From Candidatus Hermodarchaeota archaeon (GTDB lineage Archaea; Asgardarchaeota; Lokiarchaeia; Sigyniarchaeales; SOKP01): 20,107 bases of DNA. The notes beneath the pieces are model-generated. The model had not been told where the DNA came from. It saw only the letters and a list, made by a program, of their open reading frames with translations, and did not search any database. The translations under genes were made by a program, and so were the position numbers. This document shows positions 1 through 8,077 of this stretch, piece by piece. Where the stretch lies: assembly GCA_048885925.1 (NCBI GenBank), contig JBHLLG010000051.1:1-20107 (forward strand), in the 5' to 3' direction. How positions within the stretch are numbered: position 1 is the first letter of the stretch; the number at the start of each line of letters is the position of its first letter.

Positions 1-142
1 AGAACAAAAAACGAATCTTAAAGGAGTTTATGCTGCTGGAGATTGTACTGGAGGAATTTTTCAAGTGGTTTTTGCTGGAGCAGAGGGTGCACGAGCAGGA
101 ATAAACGCATGCAGATATCTTCGTCAATTAAAGAAAGAATGA
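1..142 (+). CDS. Thioredoxin reductase-like FAD/NAD(P) oxidoreductase, C-terminal fragment (5' end outside window)
   Basis: Frame 2 translates as EQKTNLKGVYAAGDCTGGIFQVVFAGAEGARAGINACRYLRQLKKE* (TGA 140-142). TNxxGVYAAGD is the second FAD-binding motif of TrxR-family proteins. Not in the ORF track. Confidence 0.85.
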   Translation, partial: EQKTNLKGVYAAGDCTGGIFQVVFAGAEGARAGINACRYLRQLKKE

Positions 143-150
143 AAATATTG

Positions 151-173
151 AATTTAGTTTGTTAAACTAAATT
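151..173. promoter_or_regulatory. Perfect 10-3-10 inverted repeat (AATTTAGTTT gtt AAACTAAATT); possible operator or terminator hairpin
   Basis: Arms 151-160 and 164-173 are exact reverse complements, lying between the two TrxR genes. Confidence 0.4.
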
Positions 174-247
174 TGAAAAAAAATAAAGTATTATTAAGAT
201 TATTATGTTTAAATTAGGTTGAATTTACAAAATAAAGGAGAATTAAC

Positions 248-1192
248 TTGTCTAAAGATAATGAATTTGATCTAATAATTATAGGGGGTGGTCCCGCAGG
301 ATTAACAGCTGCAATTTATGGGGCTAGAATGGGTCTAAGGACTGCTCTCTATGAGTATAAGGGTTTTGGAGGGTTAGCTGGAACCGCTCCTAAGATTGAA
401 AATTATCCTGGATTTAGTAGTATTCATGGTCTTGAGCTAACTGAAAAAATGAGAAAACAAGCTGAGGATTGGGGAACCTCTTTTTTTTATAATGAAGTTT
501 TGGCAATCAATCCCAAGAAAATGACAATAACTATTTATGAGGGAGAAGTTAAAGCTAAAGCAATCATAATTGCTACTGGTTCAAAGCATATGACACTTGG
601 ATTGCCTAATGAGTTTGAATTAATAGGTAATGGGATATCTTATTGTGCTACTTGTGACGGTCCTTTATTTAGAAATCAAATTGTTGCAACAGTGGGGGGC
701 AGTAATGCTGCTGGTTTGGAAGTTATTTATCTTTCAGGTGTTGCAAAAAAGGTTTACCTTATTCACCGACGACACTGTATGCGAGCAGAAGCATGTATTG
801 TAGATGAGGTCGATTCATTGCCAAACGTTGTACCAATGTATAATTGTATTATTGAAGAAGCTATAAAGAAGGACGATAAATTAGATTCATTGAAAATCAA
901 GAATCTTGAAACGGGTGAAATTTCTAATATTGATGTAAAGGCTCTCTTCATTGCAATAGGAGTTGAACCTAAGAGTGAATTAGCGAAAAAAGCAGGGATA
1001 GAACTAGAAGAAGATAATTGTATTAAAATTAATAGAAATCAAGAAACCAATTTTCCTGGTATTTATGCGGCAGGAGATGTAACAGGAGGAATTCGACAGG
1101 TGACAACAGCAGTAGGGGAAGGAACAACAGCAGCTATAAATGCATACCTATATATTAAACAAGGATGGTATGGAGAGGTAGGACCAAAATAA
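248..1192 (+). CDS. trxB: Thioredoxin-disulfide reductase
   Basis: GGGPAG FAD motif, IENYPG, redox-active CATCD, HRR NADPH motif and GIYAAGD. TTG start preceded by SD-like AAAGGAG (234-240). Confidence 0.93.
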   Translation: MSKDNEFDLIIIGGGPAGLTAAIYGARMGLRTALYEYKGFGGLAGTAPKIENYPGFSSIHGLELTEKMRKQAEDWGTSFFYNEVLAINPKKMTITIYEGEVKAKAIIIATGSKHMTLGLPNEFELIGNGISYCATCDGPLFRNQIVATVGGSNAAGLEVIYLSGVAKKVYLIHRRHCMRAEACIVDEVDSLPNVVPMYNCIIEEAIKKDDKLDSLKIKNLETGEISNIDVKALFIAIGVEPKSELAKKAGIELEEDNCIKINRNQETNFPGIYAAGDVTGGIRQVTTAVGEGTTAAINAYLYIKQGWYGEVGPK

Positions 1193-1278
1193 TTTATTAA
1201 CTACCCCTCAAAATTCTATTTTAACTCTTGAATAAGAAATAGGGTTGATATTATATGGATATTACACCAAATTATGTA

Positions 1279-1308
1279 TTATCACGATAAGTTCCATATA
1301 ATATGGAA
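1279..1308. promoter_or_regulatory. Two adjacent palindromes at the xer start: TTATC-ac-GATAA (1279-1290) and TTCCATAT-a-ATATGGAA (1292-1308, overlapping the ATG)
   Basis: Read directly from the sequence. A regulatory role is inferred from position only. Confidence 0.3.
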
Positions 1309-2214
1309 ATAATTTCTGATTTATTAGAAGACTTTCTAATAGCAAAGGAAGTGGAGGAAGGTTGTTCTTCTTCAACCATTAAAGCGTATCGCTATGATCT
1401 TCAAAAATTTATTGAGCTTGTAGGAGATCTACAAGTGAATTCTCCACTAGTACGCCAAAAAATACGATTGTTTTTAAAGAAACTAAATGATATGAATTAT
1501 ACCAAAAAAGGGATTGGGAGAAAAATAGCTTCTTTGCGTTCTTTTTTTAAATTCTTGATACTTAATGAATTTATATCTAAAGATCCTATGAGTACCATCA
1601 AATCTCCAAAAATAAAATTGGAAGAAAGTTTACCAAAGTTTTTAAGAATTAATGATATTGAGAAAATTTTCAAGAAACTAAAAGATAGGCGGCTTTTCAA
1701 CTCACGAAAGAGTGAACGATATTATTTGATTGTTAGATTGTTATATTCAACCATGGCACGTGTGAGCGAGTTATGTAGTATTAAAATTCGGGATATTGAC
1801 TTCGAAAGAGGGTATATTCAATTGCGTGGAAAAGGAAATAAGCAACGAATTGTACCTGTGGATCAGAAAACCTTAGAAATATTTAAAGAGCATCTTAAAG
1901 ATCGGTTAAGCTATGATTCTGAAGATTATCTATTAGTGAATACACGAAACCAAAAATTAAGCCCTCGAGTAGTACAAGCAGATATTAAAACCATTAAAGA
2001 AAAATGTGGATTTAATGTTGGAATAACACCGCATACCTTAAGGCATTCTGGGGCGACTCATTTAAGAAGAGCAGGAATGGATATTTCTGAATTACAAGAT
2101 ATTCTAGGTCATAGTTCACCTAATACAACACGAATTTATGCCAAAAATGATATAAGTAGGCTAAAAGAATCTTATAGTACCATGCATCCTCTGAATAATC
2201 TAGATAAAATTTAG
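1303..2214 (+). CDS. xerA: XerA/XerC-D family tyrosine recombinase
   Basis: N-terminal SAM-like core-binding domain (STIKAYRYDL, RKIASLRSFFKFL) and a full catalytic set: R (ARVSEL), K (GKGNK), HxxR (HTLRHS), H (LGHS), Y (TRIY). Confidence 0.9.
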   Translation: MEIISDLLEDFLIAKEVEEGCSSSTIKAYRYDLQKFIELVGDLQVNSPLVRQKIRLFLKKLNDMNYTKKGIGRKIASLRSFFKFLILNEFISKDPMSTIKSPKIKLEESLPKFLRINDIEKIFKKLKDRRLFNSRKSERYYLIVRLLYSTMARVSELCSIKIRDIDFERGYIQLRGKGNKQRIVPVDQKTLEIFKEHLKDRLSYDSEDYLLVNTRNQKLSPRVVQADIKTIKEKCGFNVGITPHTLRHSGATHLRRAGMDISELQDILGHSSPNTTRIYAKNDISRLKESYSTMHPLNNLDKI

Positions 2215-2349
2215 ATGAAACTCCATTTTAGTGATTCATAAATTTTTTATAGATAAAACATAATTTAACAAGTATCAGAAAATTTATACTTCAATTGTTC
2301 TTTTATAAGATATACATTAAAATTAAATAGTAAGTCTTCTCGATTTACC

Positions 2350-3543
2350 ATGGATGAGGAAGAATTTAGAAAACAGTTTCAAAAAAAATCAGTATTTAGA
2401 CAAGCGAGTTCTCTTGATTTAAGTTATGTACCAGATAAATTATATTGTCGAGATGAAGCTCTGAAAACATTAATTTTCAACTATAGAAGGATTTTAGAGG
2501 AAGAAGAACAACCATCTATAAATTGCTTAATATTAGGAAAAGGTGGTGTGGGGAAGACTTGTACTGCTAGATTTTTTGGAAGAACTTTTAGAACAATAGC
2601 AATTGAAAAAGATGTTAATTTATTTATTGAATATTTTAATTGCATCAATTTCCGCTCAAAAAGCAAGATTATCAGAGAGCTCCTTGCCAAATACCAACAC
2701 GGAAGTGGACGTGGCTTTAGTGATGACGAAAGCTTAAAGCTTATTCTCTCACAATTGATTCGGAAAAATAGCTATATGTTATTAGTAATTGATGAAATTC
2801 ATCTTTTAAAATCAGATGATGTTTTAGCATTTCTAGATATTGCCGAAACATTTGGCCATCAGAATGCGAAATTGTCCTTACTCTTAGTATCACGGAGTAA
2901 AGATTGGATGAATATTGAGACTGAGAGAATATTAAGCAGATTAAATGAAAAAATCATGCTTAAACCGTATACTTTTGATGAAGCTATGCAGATTTTACAA
3001 TATCGTAGTGAGATTGCTTTAAAAGAAAATGTGATTGATGATGAACTTCTTACGATGATCTCACAAATTGTAGTAGATCACAAAAATATGAGACACGGCA
3101 TTGAAATTATTAGAAAAAGTGGTTCATATTGTGATAAGGAGGATCTAGGTCGCATTACAGCAGATATAGTAAGAGAAGCGTCCAATGACGTATATCCTAC
3201 TTTTAGAAATGATATTGTTGATCAATTAAATGATCAAGAGTTGTTAGCATTATACGGAATTGTACGTTCATTAATTAATAAAGATGAACCATTCACTTTA
3301 GTTGACGATGCATTTGAAGAGTATGAAGCAATATGTGAAGCTTATTCACAAGAGCCACATGTTAAAATGAGTTTTAGAAAATATGTACGACAGCTTACTA
3401 TATTAAAAATTGTTACTTCTAAAACAGTAAGAATCGAAGATGCTACACGAGGGAGACATCTTGAGATAACCTTGCTGGATATTCCGGCAAGAAAGTTGCT
3501 CGAATTATTAGAAGAAATTTTTGAAAGAAAGTTCCGTTCTTAA
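2350..3543 (+). CDS. cdc6: Orc1/Cdc6 family AAA+ replication initiator
   Basis: LDLSYVPDKLYCR N-terminal signature, Walker A GKGGVGKT, YFNC, Walker B LLVIDE, RILSRL arginine-finger region, PYT, and a C-terminal winged helix ending in ..TRGR... Confidence 0.92.
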   Translation: MDEEEFRKQFQKKSVFRQASSLDLSYVPDKLYCRDEALKTLIFNYRRILEEEEQPSINCLILGKGGVGKTCTARFFGRTFRTIAIEKDVNLFIEYFNCINFRSKSKIIRELLAKYQHGSGRGFSDDESLKLILSQLIRKNSYMLLVIDEIHLLKSDDVLAFLDIAETFGHQNAKLSLLLVSRSKDWMNIETERILSRLNEKIMLKPYTFDEAMQILQYRSEIALKENVIDDELLTMISQIVVDHKNMRHGIEIIRKSGSYCDKEDLGRITADIVREASNDVYPTFRNDIVDQLNDQELLALYGIVRSLINKDEPFTLVDDAFEEYEAICEAYSQEPHVKMSFRKYVRQLTILKIVTSKTVRIEDATRGRHLEITLLDIPARKLLELLEEIFERKFRS

Positions 3544-3638
3544 AAAAAAATGTTAATTTTGCTAACAATAAGACTCTGTTTTAAATTATAACTAAATAGA
3601 ATTCACTTATAAGACATAAATTCTTTAATTTTTTACTA

Positions 3639-3898
3639 TTAATAATTTTCTTTGTCAGATTTTGAGGAGGAAAACCATTCTAACCATTCTTTTCGACGAT
3701 TCTTCTGTTTTTGCACTTGATCCACATCTGATATATTCTCATTTCTTACTTTTTGCCAATACATATCTAATTCGTGTCTTGACAGCGACAATCCACAAGA
3801 TTGACATACTACTTGTTTTATGGCTGAATGGTATTTCATAAAGCCTCCGCATTTCAGGTATAGGCAACAAGCCGCTAACTTTCTGGGCATCGAGCCAT
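3639..3898 (-). CDS. Small Zn-ribbon protein, spliced: complement(join(3639..3851,3881..3898)), 76 aa MARCPECGGFMKYHSAIKQVVCQSCG...KEWLEWFSSSKSDKENY
   Basis: ATG at 3898, with SD-like AGGATGGT upstream, reads MARCPES*. Removing 3880-3852 joins CCA GAA to TGC GGA and gives a complete CPEC...CQSC zinc ribbon. The ORF-track start (3890) lacks the first CxxC. Confidence 0.8.
3852..3880 (-). other. Putative 29-nt bulge-helix-bulge (BHB) pre-mRNA intron
   Basis: mRNA fold: exon helix UGC/GCG, central helix CCAG/CUGA (one C.A mismatch), 3-nt bulges AAA (3882-3880) and AAU (3853-3851), intron stem GU/AC, UAG/CUA, GC/GC. Cutting after bulge nt 2 removes exactly 29 nt and restores the frame. Confidence 0.78.
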
Positions 3899-4048
3899 TA
3901 AAATACCATCCTATTTTTCTTTCTGAGTCATTATTGTATTTATATATTATATTAATAGAATTAATTAGTGTTAAAATATTTTTTGACTCAAATTATTAAC
4001 TTTAATTATTTGAATAAATTTAAAAGAATATATTTAATCTGAAAATAA

Positions 4049-5269
4049 ATGAAGTCGGATGTATTTTATTTTACAGCTCGAACTCACACCCATAAACAGA
4101 GTATGAGTAAATTCAAGGGTCCTTTAGCATTAGAAAAGCTAGGAATTCAGAAAAGAGTTAAAAAAGGGGATAACATAGTAATAAAAACACATTTTGGAGC
4201 TTTAGAAAACACTAGATACCTTCGTCCAAGTTATATACGATTTTTATGTGATTATGTAAAGGAGTTGGGAGGTAATCCTTTTGTGGCAGAATCTTGTGGA
4301 TGGGGTGTTCCAGAGAGTATATCAGGAAATCATACAGAATATTCAGGAAGAGCAACAGAAGAAGAATATCTATTAGATGCCCTTCTTCATGGTTTTTCTC
4401 CGGAAACTATGGGAGCTCCTATTTTAATGTTAGATGGAAAGGATGGAACTGATATTGAAGTACAAAAAATTAAAGGAAAGTTATTTACAGAAGTTTTAGT
4501 TGCTGGTCGTTTAAGAGAGTTTGAACATATGATTCTAGCAACTCATTTTAAGGGACATGCTGGTGCTGGTTTTGGAGGAGCAATAAAGAACCTTGGAATT
4601 GGATGTGTGAGTAAAGGAGGTAAGGTTGAAGCACACACAGGTAAGACTTTTGAATTTGATTTTGATAATTGCAATCCAGATTGTATGAATTGTATTAATA
4701 TCTGCCCTACAAATGCTTTAACTAAAGATAATAATGATAAGTTGAAATTTAATGAAGATCAATGTAAATTTTGTTATATGTGTGCGTCAGTATGTAAAGA
4801 TAAAGTAATTCATATTGGGAGTGTTTCACGTGATGAATTCATTACCCAATTGGTTGATAATGCCAAAGGTGTAGTTGATTACTTTGGTAAAGATAAAATC
4901 TTTTATATCAATTATGCTATAGATATAACCTATCAATGTGATTGTTGTGGTGGTACAGATATTCCGTTTGTTCCAGATATTGGGATTTTGGCATCTTTGG
5001 ATCCTGTGGCTGTTGATCAAGCAACTGTAGATCTTGTACATAAATCTTCAATTATACCTCATTCTGTTCTTTCTGAATTAGAGGGTGTTCCTACTAAAGG
5101 ACCTCATGATTGGTTTTCTCATACACCTCGTTTTGATCCCAAGAATGGAGAAATGGATTTCAGTGGGAAAGAATCAAAGCACTGGGAATTACAATTGAAA
5201 TTAGCCGAAGAAATTGGTTTAGGAACAAGAGATTACAATTTAGTTGAAATAAAAATTGAGTTAGATTAA
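4049..5269 (+). CDS. DUF362 family Fe-S protein with an inserted 2x[4Fe-4S] ferredoxin domain
   Basis: IKTHFG, THFKGHAGAGFGGAIKNLGIGC, CxxxCxxCxxxCP and CxxCxxCxxxC, CDC, and DIGILASLDPVAVDQA motifs. Confidence 0.88.
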   Translation: MKSDVFYFTARTHTHKQSMSKFKGPLALEKLGIQKRVKKGDNIVIKTHFGALENTRYLRPSYIRFLCDYVKELGGNPFVAESCGWGVPESISGNHTEYSGRATEEEYLLDALLHGFSPETMGAPILMLDGKDGTDIEVQKIKGKLFTEVLVAGRLREFEHMILATHFKGHAGAGFGGAIKNLGIGCVSKGGKVEAHTGKTFEFDFDNCNPDCMNCINICPTNALTKDNNDKLKFNEDQCKFCYMCASVCKDKVIHIGSVSRDEFITQLVDNAKGVVDYFGKDKIFYINYAIDITYQCDCCGGTDIPFVPDIGILASLDPVAVDQATVDLVHKSSIIPHSVLSELEGVPTKGPHDWFSHTPRFDPKNGEMDFSGKESKHWELQLKLAEEIGLGTRDYNLVEIKIELD

Positions 5270-5375
5270 TAGACTTTTATTTATTGTTTTTTACCTATAA
5301 TTTTTTTTCCTTAATATTAAAAAAAAATTAAAAAATTGAAAGAGCAGATAAAAATTAACTTTTCTCCAAACTAAA

Positions 5376-6821
5376 TTATTTAATATCCAAAATTTCTTTT
5401 ATAAGTTTTTTCTTTTCATCAAAATTCGCTTGTCTAGATATCACAATTCTCTGTGCCATAGGACTACCTGCCCCATGCATGGATTCGGTTCTATAACTTA
5501 CAGATGCTACGCCCATCGTTAAATTCTCTATAAATCTTAATACTTTATACCTATCTTCTGCACATATTCCTTCGCATGTAGTTAAATACTTTTCGATCAA
5601 TGGACCTATCTCTTTTGATTTAATATCTGCCTCAGAGGGCATAGTACATATTATTCCTCCGGCTAAATCTTCAGCTAATCTTCCTATTTCGTAAGGAAAT
5701 CTGGTAACATTTTGTTTGCATACATTAGCTAACAACATATCCATTTCATAATTACCTGCTTCTCTTTGGAAACCCAATGAGCTACAAGCAATACCACAGC
5801 TATATAAAGTCTCATTTAGATGAGTCATTTCAACAAGTTTATCTCTTACATGAGATGCATTTTCTGTGCCATTATATTCAGAAATTAGGGCTGTTGCCCC
5901 TATAAGCGCATCACCAACTCCCACTTTACATCCACCATAAGATTGTCTGTGATATCCAGCAAAACGATTTACCAATTCTCCTGAGAAGTCAATTTCACCT
6001 TTCATAAAAATATTTTCTTTAGGAATAAAAACATCATCAAATACTACAAATATCTCTTGACCACCATATTTAAAATTCCCAATATCCAAACTTCCTTCTT
6101 CCATCTTTCGAGTATCACAAGATTGTCTTCCATATATCAACGTTATTCCCTTTTCAGTGGTATTAATACCGAAACTTACAGCATATTGTTCTTCACCAGG
6201 TCTTAATGCTAGAGTTGGCATAACTATTGCTCTATGAGAGTTAAGGAATCCAGTTTGATGAACTTTAGCACCTCTAACTATGATACCATCATCATTTTCA
6301 TCAACAATATGTAAATACGCATCAGGGTCTGGTTGATCTTTTGGTCTTTTGCTTCTATCACCCTTAGTATCTGTCATTGCCCCATCAACCATAAGATCTT
6401 GTGTTTGAACTTCGATCCAATATTTTTTGAAGCGTTCATGATAATCTGAGTTATATTTTTTATCCATTTCATAAGTTATACTATATAAAGCATTGGCAGT
6501 ATCAAAACCTACACATCTTTGGAAACAACAAGCAGTCTTTTGTCCAAGTAATCGTTGCATTTTTACTTTTTTAATCAAATCATCTACAGATTGATGAATA
6601 TGTGTAAATCTGTTTATTGTTTGACCTGTTAAATGAGAAGTAGCTGTCATAATATCTTTATACTCATCCATAAGTGCTAATTCATAAATTTTCATTACTG
6701 TATTAATAGAGGGTTTTATAATAGGATGATTCCAAAAATCCTTGACTTTTTTTCCAAACAAATATAAATTTCTTGGATGTTTTATACTCTCTAAATACTC
6801 TTCAGGGGTTTTTAATGGCAT
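5376..6821 (-). CDS. abfD: 4-hydroxybutyryl-CoA dehydratase / vinylacetyl-CoA isomerase
   Basis: CFQRCVG and HRQSYGGCK carry the Cys/His [4Fe-4S] ligands; also AMTDTKGDRS and ESMHGAGSP. Confidence 0.92.
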   Translation of the reverse strand: MPLKTPEEYLESIKHPRNLYLFGKKVKDFWNHPIIKPSINTVMKIYELALMDEYKDIMTATSHLTGQTINRFTHIHQSVDDLIKKVKMQRLLGQKTACCFQRCVGFDTANALYSITYEMDKKYNSDYHERFKKYWIEVQTQDLMVDGAMTDTKGDRSKRPKDQPDPDAYLHIVDENDDGIIVRGAKVHQTGFLNSHRAIVMPTLALRPGEEQYAVSFGINTTEKGITLIYGRQSCDTRKMEEGSLDIGNFKYGGQEIFVVFDDVFIPKENIFMKGEIDFSGELVNRFAGYHRQSYGGCKVGVGDALIGATALISEYNGTENASHVRDKLVEMTHLNETLYSCGIACSSLGFQREAGNYEMDMLLANVCKQNVTRFPYEIGRLAEDLAGGIICTMPSEADIKSKEIGPLIEKYLTTCEGICAEDRYKVLRFIENLTMGVASVSYRTESMHGAGSPMAQRIVISRQANFDEKKKLIKEILDIK

Positions 6822-6929
6822 TTCTTTATAAATTGTGTAATTTTCTGTTATTTAATAAAAAATCTATTAATTATTAAAAATAACTCTAATATTTGTAAAC
6901 AATTTTTTTATTTCTAAATAATTTGCTTT

Positions 6930-7841
6930 TTAGAGAGTATCTTCTTGATCAGTAACTTGATCATAATTTTTGGAGTTTTTCTCGAGATAACTAATCCTTT
7001 TTTCTAAAATTGTCATCGTCTCTATAATATTATTTAGCACTTTATTAGTCTCTCTGATTTCATATTGAAGATCTCCGAGTTGATTAAGTAAAAATGTCAA
7101 AACTTTAGATTCTTTGACTGGTTCTGTTAACCAATTAATAATATTTTGTATTAACTTTCGATTATCCAAAGAATTTATACCTATCTGTGAATTTGAAGTA
7201 AATATGTCTATATCACCGAGTACAACAATTTTTCCTTGTCCAAATTCAGCATAAGCTCCAATAATATGTTGTTTTTCTTCTTCCTTTGTCCATTCTTGAG
7301 AAGTATTGTTATAAATTTCTGACCAAACAGAATGTTCATTTGTTTTTAATATTGGTTTTACCCCTTTACTTAAAAATAAGGAACAAGAGCCTCCGATTAC
7401 AACTTCTCTCAAATTTTTTGTAATCTGATGCTTTAAAAAATCTTGGAGATGTAGGATACTTGAACAATTTTGGTTGGTATGATTCGCTTCTTTAATAATA
7501 TTTTTCTCAAAAAAGATACCAAATTTTCCTGCAATATCATTCAAATTGGTTTTTTGAAGATAATCCGCACCATATTCGCTCAATAGTAATAATCCACCAC
7601 CACTTCTAACATAATCCACAATATTTTTAATTTCTAAGCTTGAAAAAAAATCATCAATTGGATTACCAATAATCAATAGATCTATATTTTCTAATAATTC
7701 TTTTGTAATTTGGCCATTTTCGTTCTTTTTAATCTTAACATCTAATCTTTTTAGAAGATTTGTAAACTCCTTAAATTCTTCATCATTTGGGTTTAACATT
7801 TCATTATGAGTGAGATCAATTAGAACCGTCTTCTTTAACAT
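6930..7841 (-). CDS. GIFT (GldG/IFT52)-like, class I glutamine-amidotransferase-fold domain with a C-terminal coiled coil
   Basis: VLIDLTHNE start, DLLIIGNP, YVRSGGGLLLL, TNLNDIAGKFGI, GKIVVLGDIDIF and DNRKLIQNIINWL match the GIFT/DUF4350 pattern. The C-terminal tail is heptad-rich. Confidence 0.7.
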   Translation of the reverse strand: MLKKTVLIDLTHNEMLNPNDEEFKEFTNLLKRLDVKIKKNENGQITKELLENIDLLIIGNPIDDFFSSLEIKNIVDYVRSGGGLLLLSEYGADYLQKTNLNDIAGKFGIFFEKNIIKEANHTNQNCSSILHLQDFLKHQITKNLREVVIGGSCSLFLSKGVKPILKTNEHSVWSEIYNNTSQEWTKEEEKQHIIGAYAEFGQGKIVVLGDIDIFTSNSQIGINSLDNRKLIQNIINWLTEPVKESKVLTFLLNQLGDLQYEIRETNKVLNNIIETMTILEKRISYLEKNSKNYDQVTDQEDTL

Positions 7842-7947
7842 TTTTTTTAAATCCCAAATGACAATTAGCTTAGTTTTCTTTTAGAAAGGGCTTTTTTATT
7901 ATGATAACGTAATAAAATAAAGTTAAGACTTACAAGAAAATTCAAAT

Positions 7948-7974
7948 ATAAAAATCATTACCTATGATTTTTAT
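7948..7974. promoter_or_regulatory. Perfect 11-5-11 inverted repeat (ATAAAAATCAT tacct ATGATTTTTAT) in the divergent promoter region
   Basis: Arms 7948-7958 and 7964-7974 are exact reverse complements, midway between the divergent GIFT-like gene and purA. Confidence 0.45.
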
Positions 7975-8077
7975 TTCCGTTCCAACCTACCAAAAATTTT
8001 TTAAACTGTATACAATACTCTTTTTTGGATTAAAATAAGAAATTGATTATACAAAAAAATCAAAAGGAATATGAGAC

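Noticed and set aside
140-175. Selenocysteine read-through of the TrxR TGA with a downstream hairpin as SECIS
   Set aside because: The TGA falls at the normal C-terminal position, further stops follow within a few codons, and the hairpin lacks SECIS features.
187-213. dif-like site (TTATGTTTAAA resembles a XerD arm)
   Set aside because: The spacer after TAA is 5 nt rather than 6, the left arm is poor, and the context is very AT-rich. The similar candidate at 1254-1282 also lacks a proper left arm.
2215-2349. Replication origin upstream of cdc6
   Set aside because: AT-rich but short, with no repeated ORB or mini-ORB and no G-string that I can identify.
1193-3640. Integrated mobile element around xer-cdc6
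   Set aside because: No att direct repeats, tRNA target, cargo genes or compositional shift are visible.
4290-4345. Apparent extra residues (GWGVPESISGN) in the DUF362 protein as an in-frame intron
   Set aside because: No convincing BHB fold was found and the frame is intact; more likely a protein loop.
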